In this document: positions 31,947 to 41,344 of the stretch, in pieces
Numbering within the stretch: position 1 is the stretch's first letter
Layout: each line of letters starts with the position of its first letter
IMG/VR virus record: IMGVR_UViG_3300011187_000006
Location: 1-64,000 of that record
Strand: one strand, 5' to 3'
Source: an uncultured virus (IMG/VR IMGVR_UViG_3300011187_000006)
Lineage: Duplodnaviria; Heunggongvirae; Uroviricota; Caudoviricetes
Length of the DNA stretch: 64,000 nucleotides
Translations under genes and position numbers: made by a program
Notes under the pieces: generated by a model
Database searches by the model: none
The model's input: only the letters and a program-made list of their open reading frames with translations
What the model was told of the DNA's origin: nothing

Positions 31947-31977
31947 AAAAGTTTATCTTTAAAAGATAAACTTTTTT
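31947..31977. terminator. Hairpin terminator
   Basis: AAAAAGTTTATCTT/AAGATAAACTTTTT. Confidence 0.55.
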
Positions 31978-32059
31978 ACAAAGGGCTATGATTTTATCCT
32001 TCGAGATGGGAAGGGCTTATCACAATTAAGCTTTGCCTATTATACTAGCACCCAATTAG

Positions 32060-32147
32060 CGAGAGAGGATAGGATTCGAACCCCGAAGTCTGTTAAGACA
32101 CTCATATTACTTTATATAAGCCCATTTGACCACTCTGGAACTCTCTC
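32060..32147 (-). pseudogene. tRNA-Ser-like element with aberrant anticodon loop and mismatched T stem
   Basis: GAGAGAG/CTCTCTC acceptor, AGTGG D loop, GTCT/AGAC variable arm, TTCGAAT; no 7-nt anticodon loop. Confidence 0.55.
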
Positions 32148-32152
32148 ATATT

Positions 32153-32392
32153 CTATACTTTTTCAAATCCACATCTTTTAAGATAGTCTTGTCCAACTTC
32201 TGTACCTAACCATTGTACAGTAGAATTTACAATTTTTAATTCTCTTTTTGTTAGTATTTCATACTTAGAATTAAAATCACCAAAAACTCTTGATTCTATT
32301 TCTGCTAAGTTTACTTCCTCTGAGAACTCATCTACCATTTTTTTCTCTAATAAATTTCTTTCAAATCTATGATTTTTAAATGTGTCTGCCAT
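32153..32392 (-). CDS. Hypothetical protein
   Basis: ORF track; TATATTTG upstream. Confidence 0.55.
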   Translation of the reverse strand: MADTFKNHRFERNLLEKKMVDEFSEEVNLAEIESRVFGDFNSKYEILTKRELKIVNSTVQWLGTEVGQDYLKRCGFEKV

Positions 32393-32461
32393 GGTTATAG
32401 TTTTAGTTTATGGTTTTGTTTAAACAAATATACGAATAAATAATTGATTTGTATATATTTT

Positions 32462-33163
32462 TTATTTTATTGTGAATAGTTTTTCTGTGGCTCTTAACTT
32501 TTTATCTGTTATCCCATTCCCACTTGATGATATTTCTTTTTCCCACACACATTCAAAATCATCAGGAGCATTATATTCACTTATAAATACTTGATGACCT
32601 TCATTTGATGCCTTTCTACACCAGTCCCAAAACATATTATGATTAATTTTATTATCACCAATATAAGGTCTAGCACCTCTATAAGGTGGATCGCAATAAA
32701 TAAGACTGTTTGGTGGTATATCTAGACACTCATAGCTACAACAAACAAATTCAACATCTGTTAGATTTGGTTGTTGTTTCATAACATTATTATATGCTTC
32801 AATATCATAGTCTCTATTTCCTTTGTTATCTCTTCTATAAGAGCCGAACCACACACTACCGAATACTAGTTGTGTAGCAAAGTAACCAACCATTTCAAGT
32901 GGATAATCATCTCTGTTATCCTTCAAATGTAGATATTCTTCCTTAGACACATTCTTTGGTGGTATCCAGCCTTTTTGTAAAGCTTTGTGTAGTGCTATCA
33001 TATATTTATTACTATCAGAACCAATTCTATTGCCACCAACTTTATCAATTGTGTTCCCACCACCCACAAAAGGCTCGACATAATATTGTCCATTAGTTCT
33101 ACCTTCTAGTATAATTGGCAATATGTACTTAGATATTCTATTCTTACTCCCTAAATACTTCAT
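32462..33163 (-). CDS. DNA adenine methyltransferase (Dam/D12 family)
   Basis: YLGSK, YVEPFVGGG and YCDPPY motifs. Confidence 0.88.
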   Translation of the reverse strand: MKYLGSKNRISKYILPIILEGRTNGQYYVEPFVGGGNTIDKVGGNRIGSDSNKYMIALHKALQKGWIPPKNVSKEEYLHLKDNRDDYPLEMVGYFATQLVFGSVWFGSYRRDNKGNRDYDIEAYNNVMKQQPNLTDVEFVCCSYECLDIPPNSLIYCDPPYRGARPYIGDNKINHNMFWDWCRKASNEGHQVFISEYNAPDDFECVWEKEISSSGNGITDKKLRATEKLFTIK

Positions 33164-33175
33164 TTATATTTTTAT

Positions 33176-33694
33176 TTATTTTTCAACGGTAACTACTATA
33201 TCAAATTTATCTTCCTCATTAATAATTGCGTATTTTTCTAACATATCCTTTAATACTGTTAAGGAGATATGCTTTTTTTCTTCTCGTTTTCTTTTATCAT
33301 TTCTAATAGTATACTTTTCATCATCTAACAAAGGGAATAAAATAGCTACTCTAGTATAATCTTTTTTAAAATAGTTAAGAGTGTTTTTTCTTTTTTTAGA
33401 CATATTAGTCATATCAACAATAGCACATCTTCTATTTTTGTTAGATTCTATGAGCCTTTCTCTTAATAGTGTATTTACTTCTTTCTCATCAACTTCTGAA
33501 TAAGACTTATTATAATCATCACTACTTGATAACTCCATAATTATATCATCTCTAGATATAATATCAATATTTTCATAACCTTTCATATTTAGTATATTCT
33601 CTTTAATCCAAGTGGTTTTGCCAGATAGTGGTAATCCAATCAACATTATGATAAATGGTGTCTTTAATTCGGATATGTTTAAGGCTGGCTTCAT
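33176..33694 (-). CDS. P-loop kinase (AAA_33/PNK-like)
   Basis: GLPLSGKT, ISRDD and VDMTN motifs. Confidence 0.75.
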   Translation of the reverse strand: MKPALNISELKTPFIIMLIGLPLSGKTTWIKENILNMKGYENIDIISRDDIIMELSSSDDYNKSYSEVDEKEVNTLLRERLIESNKNRRCAIVDMTNMSKKRKNTLNYFKKDYTRVAILFPLLDDEKYTIRNDKRKREEKKHISLTVLKDMLEKYAIINEEDKFDIVVTVEK

Positions 33695-33732
33695 TTTGCA
33701 AATGTAGTAATTATATTTAATATATACCTTAT

Positions 33733-34770
33733 ATGATTAAAAATTATTTAAGTTTTAAAAACCATTCTATTATGGAAAAGTTAATAACAGAATCTGTTGT
33801 GTATTACTCACCAAATTTTAGAAATACTATATCAATAATTGGTGGTGATATATCAGATGCATTACTTTCATTAGAAGGCGAGGATATAAACCCAGATATA
33901 ACTTTTATTGATAACGGTAAAAAAGAAGGATATGTTAGTTTTACAACAATGAATAGTGCTATTAGAAAAGTTAATAATAATGTCAGAGTACCCATAACTA
34001 AATTTGATGAGTTTAGTGAAGAATTGGCAGATGAGATACACAATAATGATGTTGGTGGCATATACAAAGGGAATAGAAGTGAGTTTAAAATAGGCAAATT
34101 TATTAATAGAGCATTCCCGAGTCGATTTAGTAAAGAAGAAGTTGAAAATTTTGTAAATAAATATAAATCAAACTCAAATTATTCAGAAGCACACATTGAA
34201 ATAGTATCTGGTGATGAAATACCAGAGTGGTATGACGCGGACAAACACTTTATACAAAAACGAACTGGTACACTAGGGAAGTCTTGTATGGTAGGCGTTG
34301 ATTCTAATTTGTTTAAAATGTTTGTAAATAATAAAGATGTTTGTAGCCTAGCAATATTAGTTAAAGATGGTAAGTTATTAGCTAGAGCTTTAGTATTTAA
34401 ACTAAATGGTATTAATACTATAAGTGATGAACTTGGGGATCTAGAATATTATATGGATAGAAGATATTATTTCACTGATTCAGATGGTGATAAGTTAGTT
34501 AAATATGCTAAGGATAATGGTTGGGGTTACAGAACTCACAATAGTATTAAAAACATGGATTTAATGAACTATGGTGATAAGACATATAGAGTTAATATGA
34601 ACATAAAGTTAGAAGGTGATTATAATGCTTATCCATTTATGGATACTTTCAGAAATTACGATAAGGAAAGAAAAATTTTATATAACAATAATGTAGAATA
34701 TGAGGGATACTATCTACTTGATAGCACATGTGGTGGATATAACACTAGAGGTGGTGATTTGGGCCTTTAA
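33733..34770 (+). CDS. Hypothetical phage protein
   Basis: 345-aa ORF; GTLGKSCM and YMDRRY motifs; TTAATATATA upstream. Confidence 0.6.
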   Translation: MIKNYLSFKNHSIMEKLITESVVYYSPNFRNTISIIGGDISDALLSLEGEDINPDITFIDNGKKEGYVSFTTMNSAIRKVNNNVRVPITKFDEFSEELADEIHNNDVGGIYKGNRSEFKIGKFINRAFPSRFSKEEVENFVNKYKSNSNYSEAHIEIVSGDEIPEWYDADKHFIQKRTGTLGKSCMVGVDSNLFKMFVNNKDVCSLAILVKDGKLLARALVFKLNGINTISDELGDLEYYMDRRYYFTDSDGDKLVKYAKDNGWGYRTHNSIKNMDLMNYGDKTYRVNMNIKLEGDYNAYPFMDTFRNYDKERKILYNNNVEYEGYYLLDSTCGGYNTRGGDLGL

Positions 34771-35125
34771 ACTGCTCAACAACCCTAACATAGTTATGTA
34801 GTATGCTATTTATATTATGAGCACCAACTGTGTTGTCAGAATGTACATACCATTTAGGCATTTTTAAACTATTATCTAAACATATCTCTATTAAATAATT
34901 GGCAGCATCTTTACCAGTGTATTCTTTACTATCTTTATATGAAGCTATGTCGTGATCAAATGATATAAGTGTTATATTTTCTATATTATCATCTAAGAAT
35001 TTAATGAAAGAAAAATAATCTCTTATTATAATCCATTTATTAGAATCAGAATATTCATTACCTAATCCTTTAGTTTTATTATGTGACATATTTGGTTCTC
35101 TTATATCATCTAAGAATATATTCAT
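34745..35125 (-). CDS. Cyclic-phosphate-processing receiver-like domain protein
   Basis: FLDDIR, ISFDHD and VHSDNTVG motifs. Confidence 0.6.
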   Translation of the reverse strand: MNIFLDDIREPNMSHNKTKGLGNEYSDSNKWIIIRDYFSFIKFLDDNIENITLISFDHDIASYKDSKEYTGKDAANYLIEICLDNSLKMPKWYVHSDNTVGAHNINSILHNYVRVVEQFKGPNHHL

Positions 35126-35574
35126 ATTTTATATGAGTTTAAAAAGTATTTTTCATTTTCTGTTAGATTATCAATTCCTACGCTAGATATCCTATCTAAT
35201 ACAAAGTCTATATCTAATTTTCCAAGAACCCATTCATTTAGGCAAATAATGAAGTCTTCAAAGTCTTCACAATTTTCCTTATTGATGTTATGTCTTAAGT
35301 TATCTTCTAGATTAACAGTTGAATTTAATATTCTATCGGAAAAATCTTTAACATATATATTTATTTTGTTTTTATCCATAACACCCACGTAAGTTCTCAT
35401 CTCTACCTCAGTAGTTATTAAATAACATACATAGTTACCTTCTTCGTGAAAATAGAAATATGCCTCAGCCTCTAACTCTTCAACATCATCTAGGTCTTCA
35501 TCAGAGAAATACATAAATAGGTCATCTAACTCTTCATCAGTAACATCAAACTTAATTTTATATATACGATCCAT
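35122..35574 (-). CDS. Acidic hypothetical protein
   Basis: Ends LDRISSVGIDNLTENEKYFL. Confidence 0.55.
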   Translation of the reverse strand: MDRIYKIKFDVTDEELDDLFMYFSDEDLDDVEELEAEAYFYFHEEGNYVCYLITTEVEMRTYVGVMDKNKINIYVKDFSDRILNSTVNLEDNLRHNINKENCEDFEDFIICLNEWVLGKLDIDFVLDRISSVGIDNLTENEKYFLNSYKI

Positions 35575-35711
35575 ATACTATATATTCAAATATAACAGTT
35601 TAGTTTGAATTATATGTTGTTTTTTGTGTTAATTTTTTTTGTTGCTTATTAACAACAAAAAGTGCTAAAATGTTGCTTATTAACAACATTTAGTTTTAAC
35701 TATAATTTTTG

Positions 35712-35784
35712 TCGAAGATGTCCGATTCGAACAGCAATTCGATGTCCCAAACATCGTGTGTTACCAGATTACACTACACCCTCG
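35712..35784 (-). tRNA. tRNA-Pro(TGG), imperfect T stem
   Basis: Anticodon arm CGATG-TTTGGGA-CATCG. Confidence 0.7.
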
Positions 35785-35793
35785 CTATACTTG

Positions 35794-35867
35794 TTACCCC
35801 AGTAGGGTTCGAACCTACAATCTCCTGGACCAAAGCCAGACGTGTTAACCAATTACACTATAGAGCA
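35794..35867 (-). tRNA. tRNA-Gln(TTG)
   Basis: Cloverleaf; TCTGG-CTTTGGT-CCAGG. Confidence 0.88.
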
Positions 35868-35873
35868 TTTTTG

Positions 35874-35945
35874 CAGTCCATAGGGGATTCGAACCCCTAT
35901 CTTCCGAGAGACAGTCGGAAATGATAACCTTTACACTAATGGACT
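35874..35945 (-). tRNA. tRNA-Asp(GTC)
   Basis: Cloverleaf; TCCGA-CTGTCTC-TCGGA. Confidence 0.88.
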
Positions 35946-35957
35946 ATTAAAAATTTG

Positions 35958-36031
35958 TCGAGAAGACAGGAATCGAACCTGCTAACTGATGCCTCCAATG
36001 CACCCGTGCTTATAACCTTAGTCACTTCTCG
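35958..36031 (-). tRNA. tRNA-Pro(TGG)
   Basis: CGAGAAG/CTTCTCG acceptor; GGTGC-ATTGGAG-GCATC. Confidence 0.78.
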
Positions 36032-36040
36032 ATTAACTTG

Positions 36041-36114
36041 TTACCCCAGCAGGGTTCGAACCTGCAATCTTCTGGACCAAAACCAGATGTGTTAGCCAAT
36101 TACACTATGGGGCA
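36041..36114 (-). tRNA. tRNA-Gln(TTG)
   Basis: Cloverleaf; TCTGG-TTTTGGT-CCAGA. Confidence 0.9.
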
Positions 36115-36126
36115 ATTTAATATTAG

Positions 36127-36199
36127 CAGCTCTGATGGGAATCGAACCCACTCCGTTACGTGAGACAGACGTACATCTTAACCATTTGACCTCAGAGCT
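36127..36199 (-). tRNA. tRNA-Asp(GTC)
   Basis: Cloverleaf; TACGT-CTGTCTC-ACGTA. Confidence 0.88.
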
Positions 36200-36207
36200 A
36201 TATAAAC

Positions 36208-36246
36208 AAAAAAACTCGGTTAATCTAAAAGACTAACCGAGTTTTT
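36208..36246 (-). terminator. Attenuator terminator upstream of the Asp/Gln/Pro tRNA cluster
   Basis: AAAACTCGGTTAGTC...GATTAACCGAGTTTTTTT on the minus strand. Confidence 0.85.
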
Positions 36247-36264
36247 GTTTTTATTATTTAAATA

Positions 36265-36369
36265 TCAACTTAAATTTAAAACATAGTTAGCACCTTTCGT
36301 ATCAGAATCCTGATCGATATCAACTTGGGGTTGAGGGTTAACTACTATGTTTAAGTTTAAATTTTTCAT
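36265..36369 (-). CDS. Leader peptide MKNLNLNIVVNPQPQVDIDQDSDTKGANYVLNLS
   Basis: 34-aa ORF between promoter and terminator; P/Q/D block matches the downstream tRNAs. Confidence 0.8.
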   Translation of the reverse strand: MKNLNLNIVVNPQPQVDIDQDSDTKGANYVLNLS

Positions 36370-36530
36370 TATGTTTTATATATTAACTTTTATTTCTCTC
36401 TATGGTTATTTATAGACTTTTTTTTTATAAAAGTTTAGAATTATATTATTTCTATGCAAATATAATATAAATAAATGGTTTATACAAGGTTTTTTTTAAA
36501 TTAAAATAATCTTTTTTAATATATAGAGTT

Positions 36531-38756
36531 ATGGTAAATATAAACTCAGATTTTGAGAAAGGAATAATAACTATATCAGATGAATATGACGTGATGGCAA
36601 CTGGTGTTGAAGATGAAACTCCTTATCTAAATTCTATCAATGATGAATACATATTATCTTTTGATAAGTTAGATAATGTGGAAAAGTTCAAAAGATTTAC
36701 ATACGATAGTTTAGGTCTTAAACAAGATAGATTTCTCTTACAATATTATAGAGTTTCCAGAGATGGTAACACATGGTCTGAGTGGTTAGACTTAAATATT
36801 AATATAACCAACTTCCCAGTTGTTGATACACTAGATAGTATGTACCTTGAAATTAAATGGGTGAGAAAGGGAACTTCTGAAATAGGTAGTATAAGAATAC
36901 TAGAATATAAATTAGAAGGTATTATAGATAGACAAGAAATACAATTCAATGGTGAACAAGCATTTTATATAGAGCCAGGTGATTCTAAGATAGTAAAAGC
37001 ACCTTTCATATATAAAGTTTTTAAATTAGAAGATATACAAATCATTAATATAACTAGTTTAGATGACATAAGTATAAAGTATAGATTCTCACAAGATAAC
37101 TCTAGAACTTGGACTGAATGGGAACCATTGACTAAAGAAAATATAACAACCAAAAGGATAAACCCTATACGTTTCTTTGAAATAGAATATCTTATTGATA
37201 ACAAATCGGGATCAGTGTCTAGGTTTCAAGACATAAATTTAGTAGGAGATTTTCAAAATGTTAAGGAAGATTATAAAAAGAGTAATCTATTTGGGATAAG
37301 AGAATGTTGTAAATCCAACCAGATAGGCTATATAAACAGTGAAGGTAAGTATATAATGAATGATAATTTAAACACAACAGGTAACAACTGTGAAGGTGAG
37401 AATGATGCATTTAAACCAATGACAGATACAGACAAGGCTCAGTTATATAATCCTTATGAACAAACACAAGCTACTCAACTATATGAAAAATTAAGTACAG
37501 ACTCTGAACAAGTACTAGGACATAAAGTAACTTATTATGCAACTGATCCAGATGCCAATGGTCAAGACCACACACTTAATGAATATCAATTATATAATGT
37601 TGTGTGTGAGGGAGATTTAAAAATATCTATTGATGGTAATAATTTTCCAGACTCACAGATTAAGATGAACATATTCGATTTAGGATTATTTGATTCAATG
37701 GAAGCACATATAACAAAGAAACAATTTAAGGAAATGTTTGGTGTCCAGAGAAGACCTTCTAAAGAAGATTTTATACATTTTTGTCAAGTTAATAGAATGT
37801 ATCAAGTTGACCATGCTCAACAGTTTAGAAATTTTAATAATGCGGCTGTTTATTATAAACTTATTCTCAAAAAATATTCTCAAAAATCAAATGTTCAGAC
37901 AGATATTCCAGAAATTTCTAATAGCATTAGTGAGTTAACAAAGAATACTACTATTGATGAACTATTTGGAAAGGAGATAGAACAAGATAAGAAGTCAATT
38001 GCTAATAAGAAGGAACAACAACCTTTATCTAGAGATCCTATTAGACTTGAGTATTTTTCTGAAGTTGATAAAGAACTTATTGAAAACTCAACAACCATAA
38101 TATCTAAATATTGTTATGATTTATCAACAGTAGAATATAATGGTTTGGCAGTTCAATACAAGAACTTTAATTCTATACTTGATGTATCTGACAACATATC
38201 ATTACAAGTTTGGTTTAGTATAAATAACTACATAAAAGATGAAGTTTATAAATTTATGGACGTTTATGACAATGGGATTAATAAAGGATGGAAGTCTAGT
38301 CTAAAGAATGATAGCATTACAGTTACTATGAATGAAGAAGAATATATATTTGAGTTAAATGATGGGGAAAGTGATGCATTAGAGGAAGATACTTGGTATT
38401 GTTATGTGCTAAATTTAAACCAACGTCAAAGGTATATTGAAAATTATATATATAAGAGAAATGTAGATATAGAAGATGATGCAAAAATGCTTAATAGTAC
38501 AATTTTGAGAAAAGAGTATTATAATAAACAAGACATAGAACCTATTCAGTATAATATTGATAAAAATCCTAAGATATTAGCATCTGATATGAAGGTTACT
38601 AACATAAGACTTTTTAGTGATGTTATCCCAGAGGAAGCTCATAATAAAGTATTGAATCAATATATATTGGGTGATGACTCTAAATATTTAATATTTGGTG
38701 ATAATGCCAATGATAAAATTTATCTAAAGAATTTTCCATTAAACGAAAATTTCTAA
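36531..38756 (+). CDS. Virion protein with a T4 gp14-like (neck/head closure) domain
   Basis: Central GHKVTYY...PSKEDFIHF..NRMYQV pattern; TTAATATATA upstream. Confidence 0.5.
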   Translation: MVNINSDFEKGIITISDEYDVMATGVEDETPYLNSINDEYILSFDKLDNVEKFKRFTYDSLGLKQDRFLLQYYRVSRDGNTWSEWLDLNINITNFPVVDTLDSMYLEIKWVRKGTSEIGSIRILEYKLEGIIDRQEIQFNGEQAFYIEPGDSKIVKAPFIYKVFKLEDIQIINITSLDDISIKYRFSQDNSRTWTEWEPLTKENITTKRINPIRFFEIEYLIDNKSGSVSRFQDINLVGDFQNVKEDYKKSNLFGIRECCKSNQIGYINSEGKYIMNDNLNTTGNNCEGENDAFKPMTDTDKAQLYNPYEQTQATQLYEKLSTDSEQVLGHKVTYYATDPDANGQDHTLNEYQLYNVVCEGDLKISIDGNNFPDSQIKMNIFDLGLFDSMEAHITKKQFKEMFGVQRRPSKEDFIHFCQVNRMYQVDHAQQFRNFNNAAVYYKLILKKYSQKSNVQTDIPEISNSISELTKNTTIDELFGKEIEQDKKSIANKKEQQPLSRDPIRLEYFSEVDKELIENSTTIISKYCYDLSTVEYNGLAVQYKNFNSILDVSDNISLQVWFSINNYIKDEVYKFMDVYDNGINKGWKSSLKNDSITVTMNEEEYIFELNDGESDALEEDTWYCYVLNLNQRQRYIENYIYKRNVDIEDDAKMLNSTILRKEYYNKQDIEPIQYNIDKNPKILASDMKVTNIRLFSDVIPEEAHNKVLNQYILGDDSKYLIFGDNANDKIYLKNFPLNENF

Positions 38757-38773
38757 AAAAAAAAAGAATAATA

Positions 38774-39409
38774 ATGAAACATTTAAAAAAGTTTAATGAG
38801 GCAATAATAGATTGGAAGTCTGATAATTTAGAAAAGTTTATAAAAGAGGTCGAGGCTGAGTGGAGTATTGGTGTTGATGAATTACAAAGAATTGGTACAA
38901 AAAATGATATAGAGGTTGTTTATTACAGAACATTCTATGATGAATTACCAACTGATAAAATGAGGGAAGATGCACCACCAAATGGTATGAAAGTATTTGG
39001 TTTATTAAACCCAGTTACTAAAAAGCCTAGATTGGTTCTTGCTAATAATGTAAGATATCTTGAGAGTAATGATATCAGTTTTGCTATCCACGTATTAAAG
39101 CATGAAAATATACATTTAAAACAAGGTTTGAGACGACCAGCTGATTTAAATTTTGAATTTTTAGGAAACATTTCAGATCAAAAGGCTTATTTTTCGAATA
39201 AAGATGAGGTAATGGCTTTTTCACAATCTATAACAGACCTAATAATGGAAAGAAATCCAAATGATATAAAAGATGCATTTTCTAAATTAAAAAGTATTGG
39301 TCTATGGATGGGAATATCAAGGGCGGTGAGTGATGATATTAAGAAAAGGTATAAAAAATACATTTATCTTTATTTAGAAAAAGAGTTTGAAGAAATAAAT
39401 GGTAAATAA
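38774..39409 (+). CDS. Hypothetical protein with HExxH motif and MKHLKKFNE N-terminus
   Basis: LKHENIH...EVMAF; possible zincin-like domain. Confidence 0.55.
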   Translation: MKHLKKFNEAIIDWKSDNLEKFIKEVEAEWSIGVDELQRIGTKNDIEVVYYRTFYDELPTDKMREDAPPNGMKVFGLLNPVTKKPRLVLANNVRYLESNDISFAIHVLKHENIHLKQGLRRPADLNFEFLGNISDQKAYFSNKDEVMAFSQSITDLIMERNPNDIKDAFSKLKSIGLWMGISRAVSDDIKKRYKKYIYLYLEKEFEEINGK

Positions 39410-39427
39410 AAATTAATATATAAGAGT

Positions 39428-39859
39428 ATGATAAAAAAATATAAAGACTTTAACAATAAAAAAGTGAGCGAAGCAGTAACTGCAAAAGCTAAAAAGACAG
39501 AGATATTTGGTGTTGATAGAAAACCATCTAATGTTATGTCTAGGGAGGAGCAAGATTTCTATGACTACTATACTAGAAAGAAATTTAGAGGTATGTCAAA
39601 ATATGAACTTAATAGTAAAGTATTCGATTTGGCACAAAGAGATGATGATTTAGCAGTGTTGGCACAATTCTGTTTGCAAATAGAAAGAGAAAGTATCGCT
39701 GGTGATGATTACATCGCTAAAGAAATAGATAAAGGGATAGAAGATGTTATTCCTGTAGTAACAGATAATACTGGTGATGCTGGTAAAGATTTAGATGATA
39801 TATCTTTAGATGATATAGATGAGATAAGGGATGATATAGAAAGTCTTAAAAATAAATAA
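39428..39859 (+). CDS. Hypothetical protein (MIKKYKDF N-terminus)
   Basis: ORF track; TTAATATATA upstream. Confidence 0.55.
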   Translation: MIKKYKDFNNKKVSEAVTAKAKKTEIFGVDRKPSNVMSREEQDFYDYYTRKKFRGMSKYELNSKVFDLAQRDDDLAVLAQFCLQIERESIAGDDYIAKEIDKGIEDVIPVVTDNTGDAGKDLDDISLDDIDEIRDDIESLKNK

Positions 39860-39871
39860 AACAAATAATAT

Positions 39872-39912
39872 AAAAAAGAGGGGATATAATTAATTATATC
39901 CCCTCTTTTTTT
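39872..39912. terminator. Bidirectional terminator ending the tRNA operon
   Basis: AAAAAAGAGGGGATATAAT/ATTATATCCCCTCTTTTTT. Confidence 0.85.
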
Positions 39913-39913
39913 G

Positions 39914-39999
39914 TACCGCTAGTTGGACTTGAACCAACAATAAGATTTCTCTAACTTGGATATGAGCCAAGCACAATTACCACATCTGTTCATAGCGAT
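39914..39999 (-). tRNA. tRNA-Met(CAT) (or Ile2) with a long variable arm
   Basis: CTTGG-CTCATAT-CCAAG; variable region TTAGAGAAATCTTAT. Confidence 0.75.
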
Positions 40000-40003
40000 T
40001 TAG

Positions 40004-40093
40004 TACACCAGGTGGGATTTGAACCCACGTTGTTCACCTCAAAGGGTATCAGATTTTAAGTCTGATGCGTTTCATCCACTTCGCCACTGGTGC
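40004..40093 (-). tRNA. tRNA-Leu(TAA)
   Basis: TCAGA-CTTAAAA-TCTGA; long variable arm. Confidence 0.88.
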
Positions 40094-40103
40094 ATTTTTT
40101 TAG

Positions 40104-40177
40104 AGCTGACAGAGGGATTCAAACCCACAACTTTTTGATTACAAATCAAAATGCTCTACCAATTGAGCTATGTCAGC
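40104..40177 (-). tRNA. tRNA-Thr(TGT)
   Basis: TTTGA-TTTGTAA-TCAAA. Confidence 0.85.
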
Positions 40178-40184
40178 ATATTAG

Positions 40185-40256
40185 AGTACCTAGAGGGATT
40201 CAAACCCCCGTACGATGGGTTGCAGCCACCTACCTAAATCACTCGGTCATAGGTAC
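40185..40256 (-). tRNA. tRNA-Cys(GCA)
   Basis: GGTGG-CTGCAAC-CCATC; U discriminator. Confidence 0.85.
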
Positions 40257-40262
40257 ATTTTG

Positions 40263-40336
40263 TAGTTCTGGTTGGATTCGAACCAACGACTTCTTCCTTG
40301 TAAGGGAAGCATTCTGAACCCCTGAATTACAGAACT
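40263..40336 (-). tRNA. tRNA-Val(TAC)
   Basis: CTTCC-CTTACAA-GGAAG. Confidence 0.88.
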
Positions 40337-40345
40337 TTTTATTTG

Positions 40346-40426
40346 TACCCTAGATAGGACTCGAACCTATATTTTCAGCTTCCAATTACCCTTAATTGTT
40401 TAGAAGACAATCGGGACTACTAAGGC
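40346..40426 (-). tRNA. Non-canonical tRNA-Arg(TCT) lacking a D arm
   Basis: GCCTTAG/CTAGGGT acceptor; ATTGT-CTTCTAA-ACAAT only ~8 nt after it; long variable region; normal T arm. Confidence 0.7.
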
Positions 40427-40436
40427 ATTTATTTTG

Positions 40437-40526
40437 TACCAGTGGTCGGACTCGAACCGACAATGTTTACCTCTTGGGTACTAGTTCCTAAGACTAGCGT
40501 GTTTCATCCAATTTCACCACACTGGT
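40437..40526 (-). tRNA. tRNA-Leu(TAG)
   Basis: CTAGT-CTTAGGA-ACTAG; long variable arm. Confidence 0.88.
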
Positions 40527-40532
40527 ATTTAT

Positions 40533-41273
40533 TTATATTTTACTATGTATTTCTCTATGACAATTAGAACATAATAAAATACATTTATCAACTTCTTTTT
40601 TTAACCTTTCAAGTGACCAAGACTTTCCGCCGATACTAAAATCTTTTTCATTAGGATCTAAATGATGAAATTCTAAAGCACTTATACATTTAGAATATCC
40701 ACATTTTTCACATTTACCACCTTTATATTCTAGTAGTTCGACTTTCTTTCTTTTTCTCCAAGATACTACATATATTGCTTTTTCTTTCTTTATTTCATCT
40801 TTTGTCATTTTTTTTCTTTTTTTAAGTGTTACATATTTTCGTATAGTACGAAAAGAATGTCCCATTTCTTTACTAACTTTCTTAATACTACCCAACTTAT
40901 CATATTGTGTTCTTATTTCATCTATCTCTGTTTCTGATAATTTACCATATTTACCACAATTTACCAAATCGTGCATTCTACATATTTTAGATATGGACTT
41001 TATTGAAATATTTGTTTTTTCTTTTATATCAGAATAACTTAATTTATTTTTCCTTAATTTTATTACCTCACCAATATCATAGTTTTCTATTAAAAATGAT
41101 TTATCTTTAAACTGTTTCTTATTTTTTTCAATTACATTTTTCAATTTTATTTTATTATTAGATTTTATTTTAGAGCAATGATAAGATACTGTTGATTTAG
41201 AACAGTTTAATTCTTCACATATTGTTTTATAGCTATGTCCCATTTTTCTTAGTTCTAATATTCTTTCTTTCAT
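40533..41273 (-). CDS. HNH endonuclease with N-terminal HTH repeats, inserted in the tRNA cluster
   Basis: CEKCGY...LEFHH...LCSNCHREIH. Confidence 0.88.
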   Translation of the reverse strand: MKERILELRKMGHSYKTICEELNCSKSTVSYHCSKIKSNNKIKLKNVIEKNKKQFKDKSFLIENYDIGEVIKLRKNKLSYSDIKEKTNISIKSISKICRMHDLVNCGKYGKLSETEIDEIRTQYDKLGSIKKVSKEMGHSFRTIRKYVTLKKRKKMTKDEIKKEKAIYVVSWRKRKKVELLEYKGGKCEKCGYSKCISALEFHHLDPNEKDFSIGGKSWSLERLKKEVDKCILLCSNCHREIHSKI

Positions 41274-41344
41274 ACTATTTATTTTTTATAGTATATATAA
41301 ATATTAGAACTCACCCCTAAACATACATGTCATTTATCTAAAAG

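Noticed and set aside
35709..35924. 71-aa plus-strand ORF (also 40090..40317)
   Set aside because: Antisense to tRNA genes
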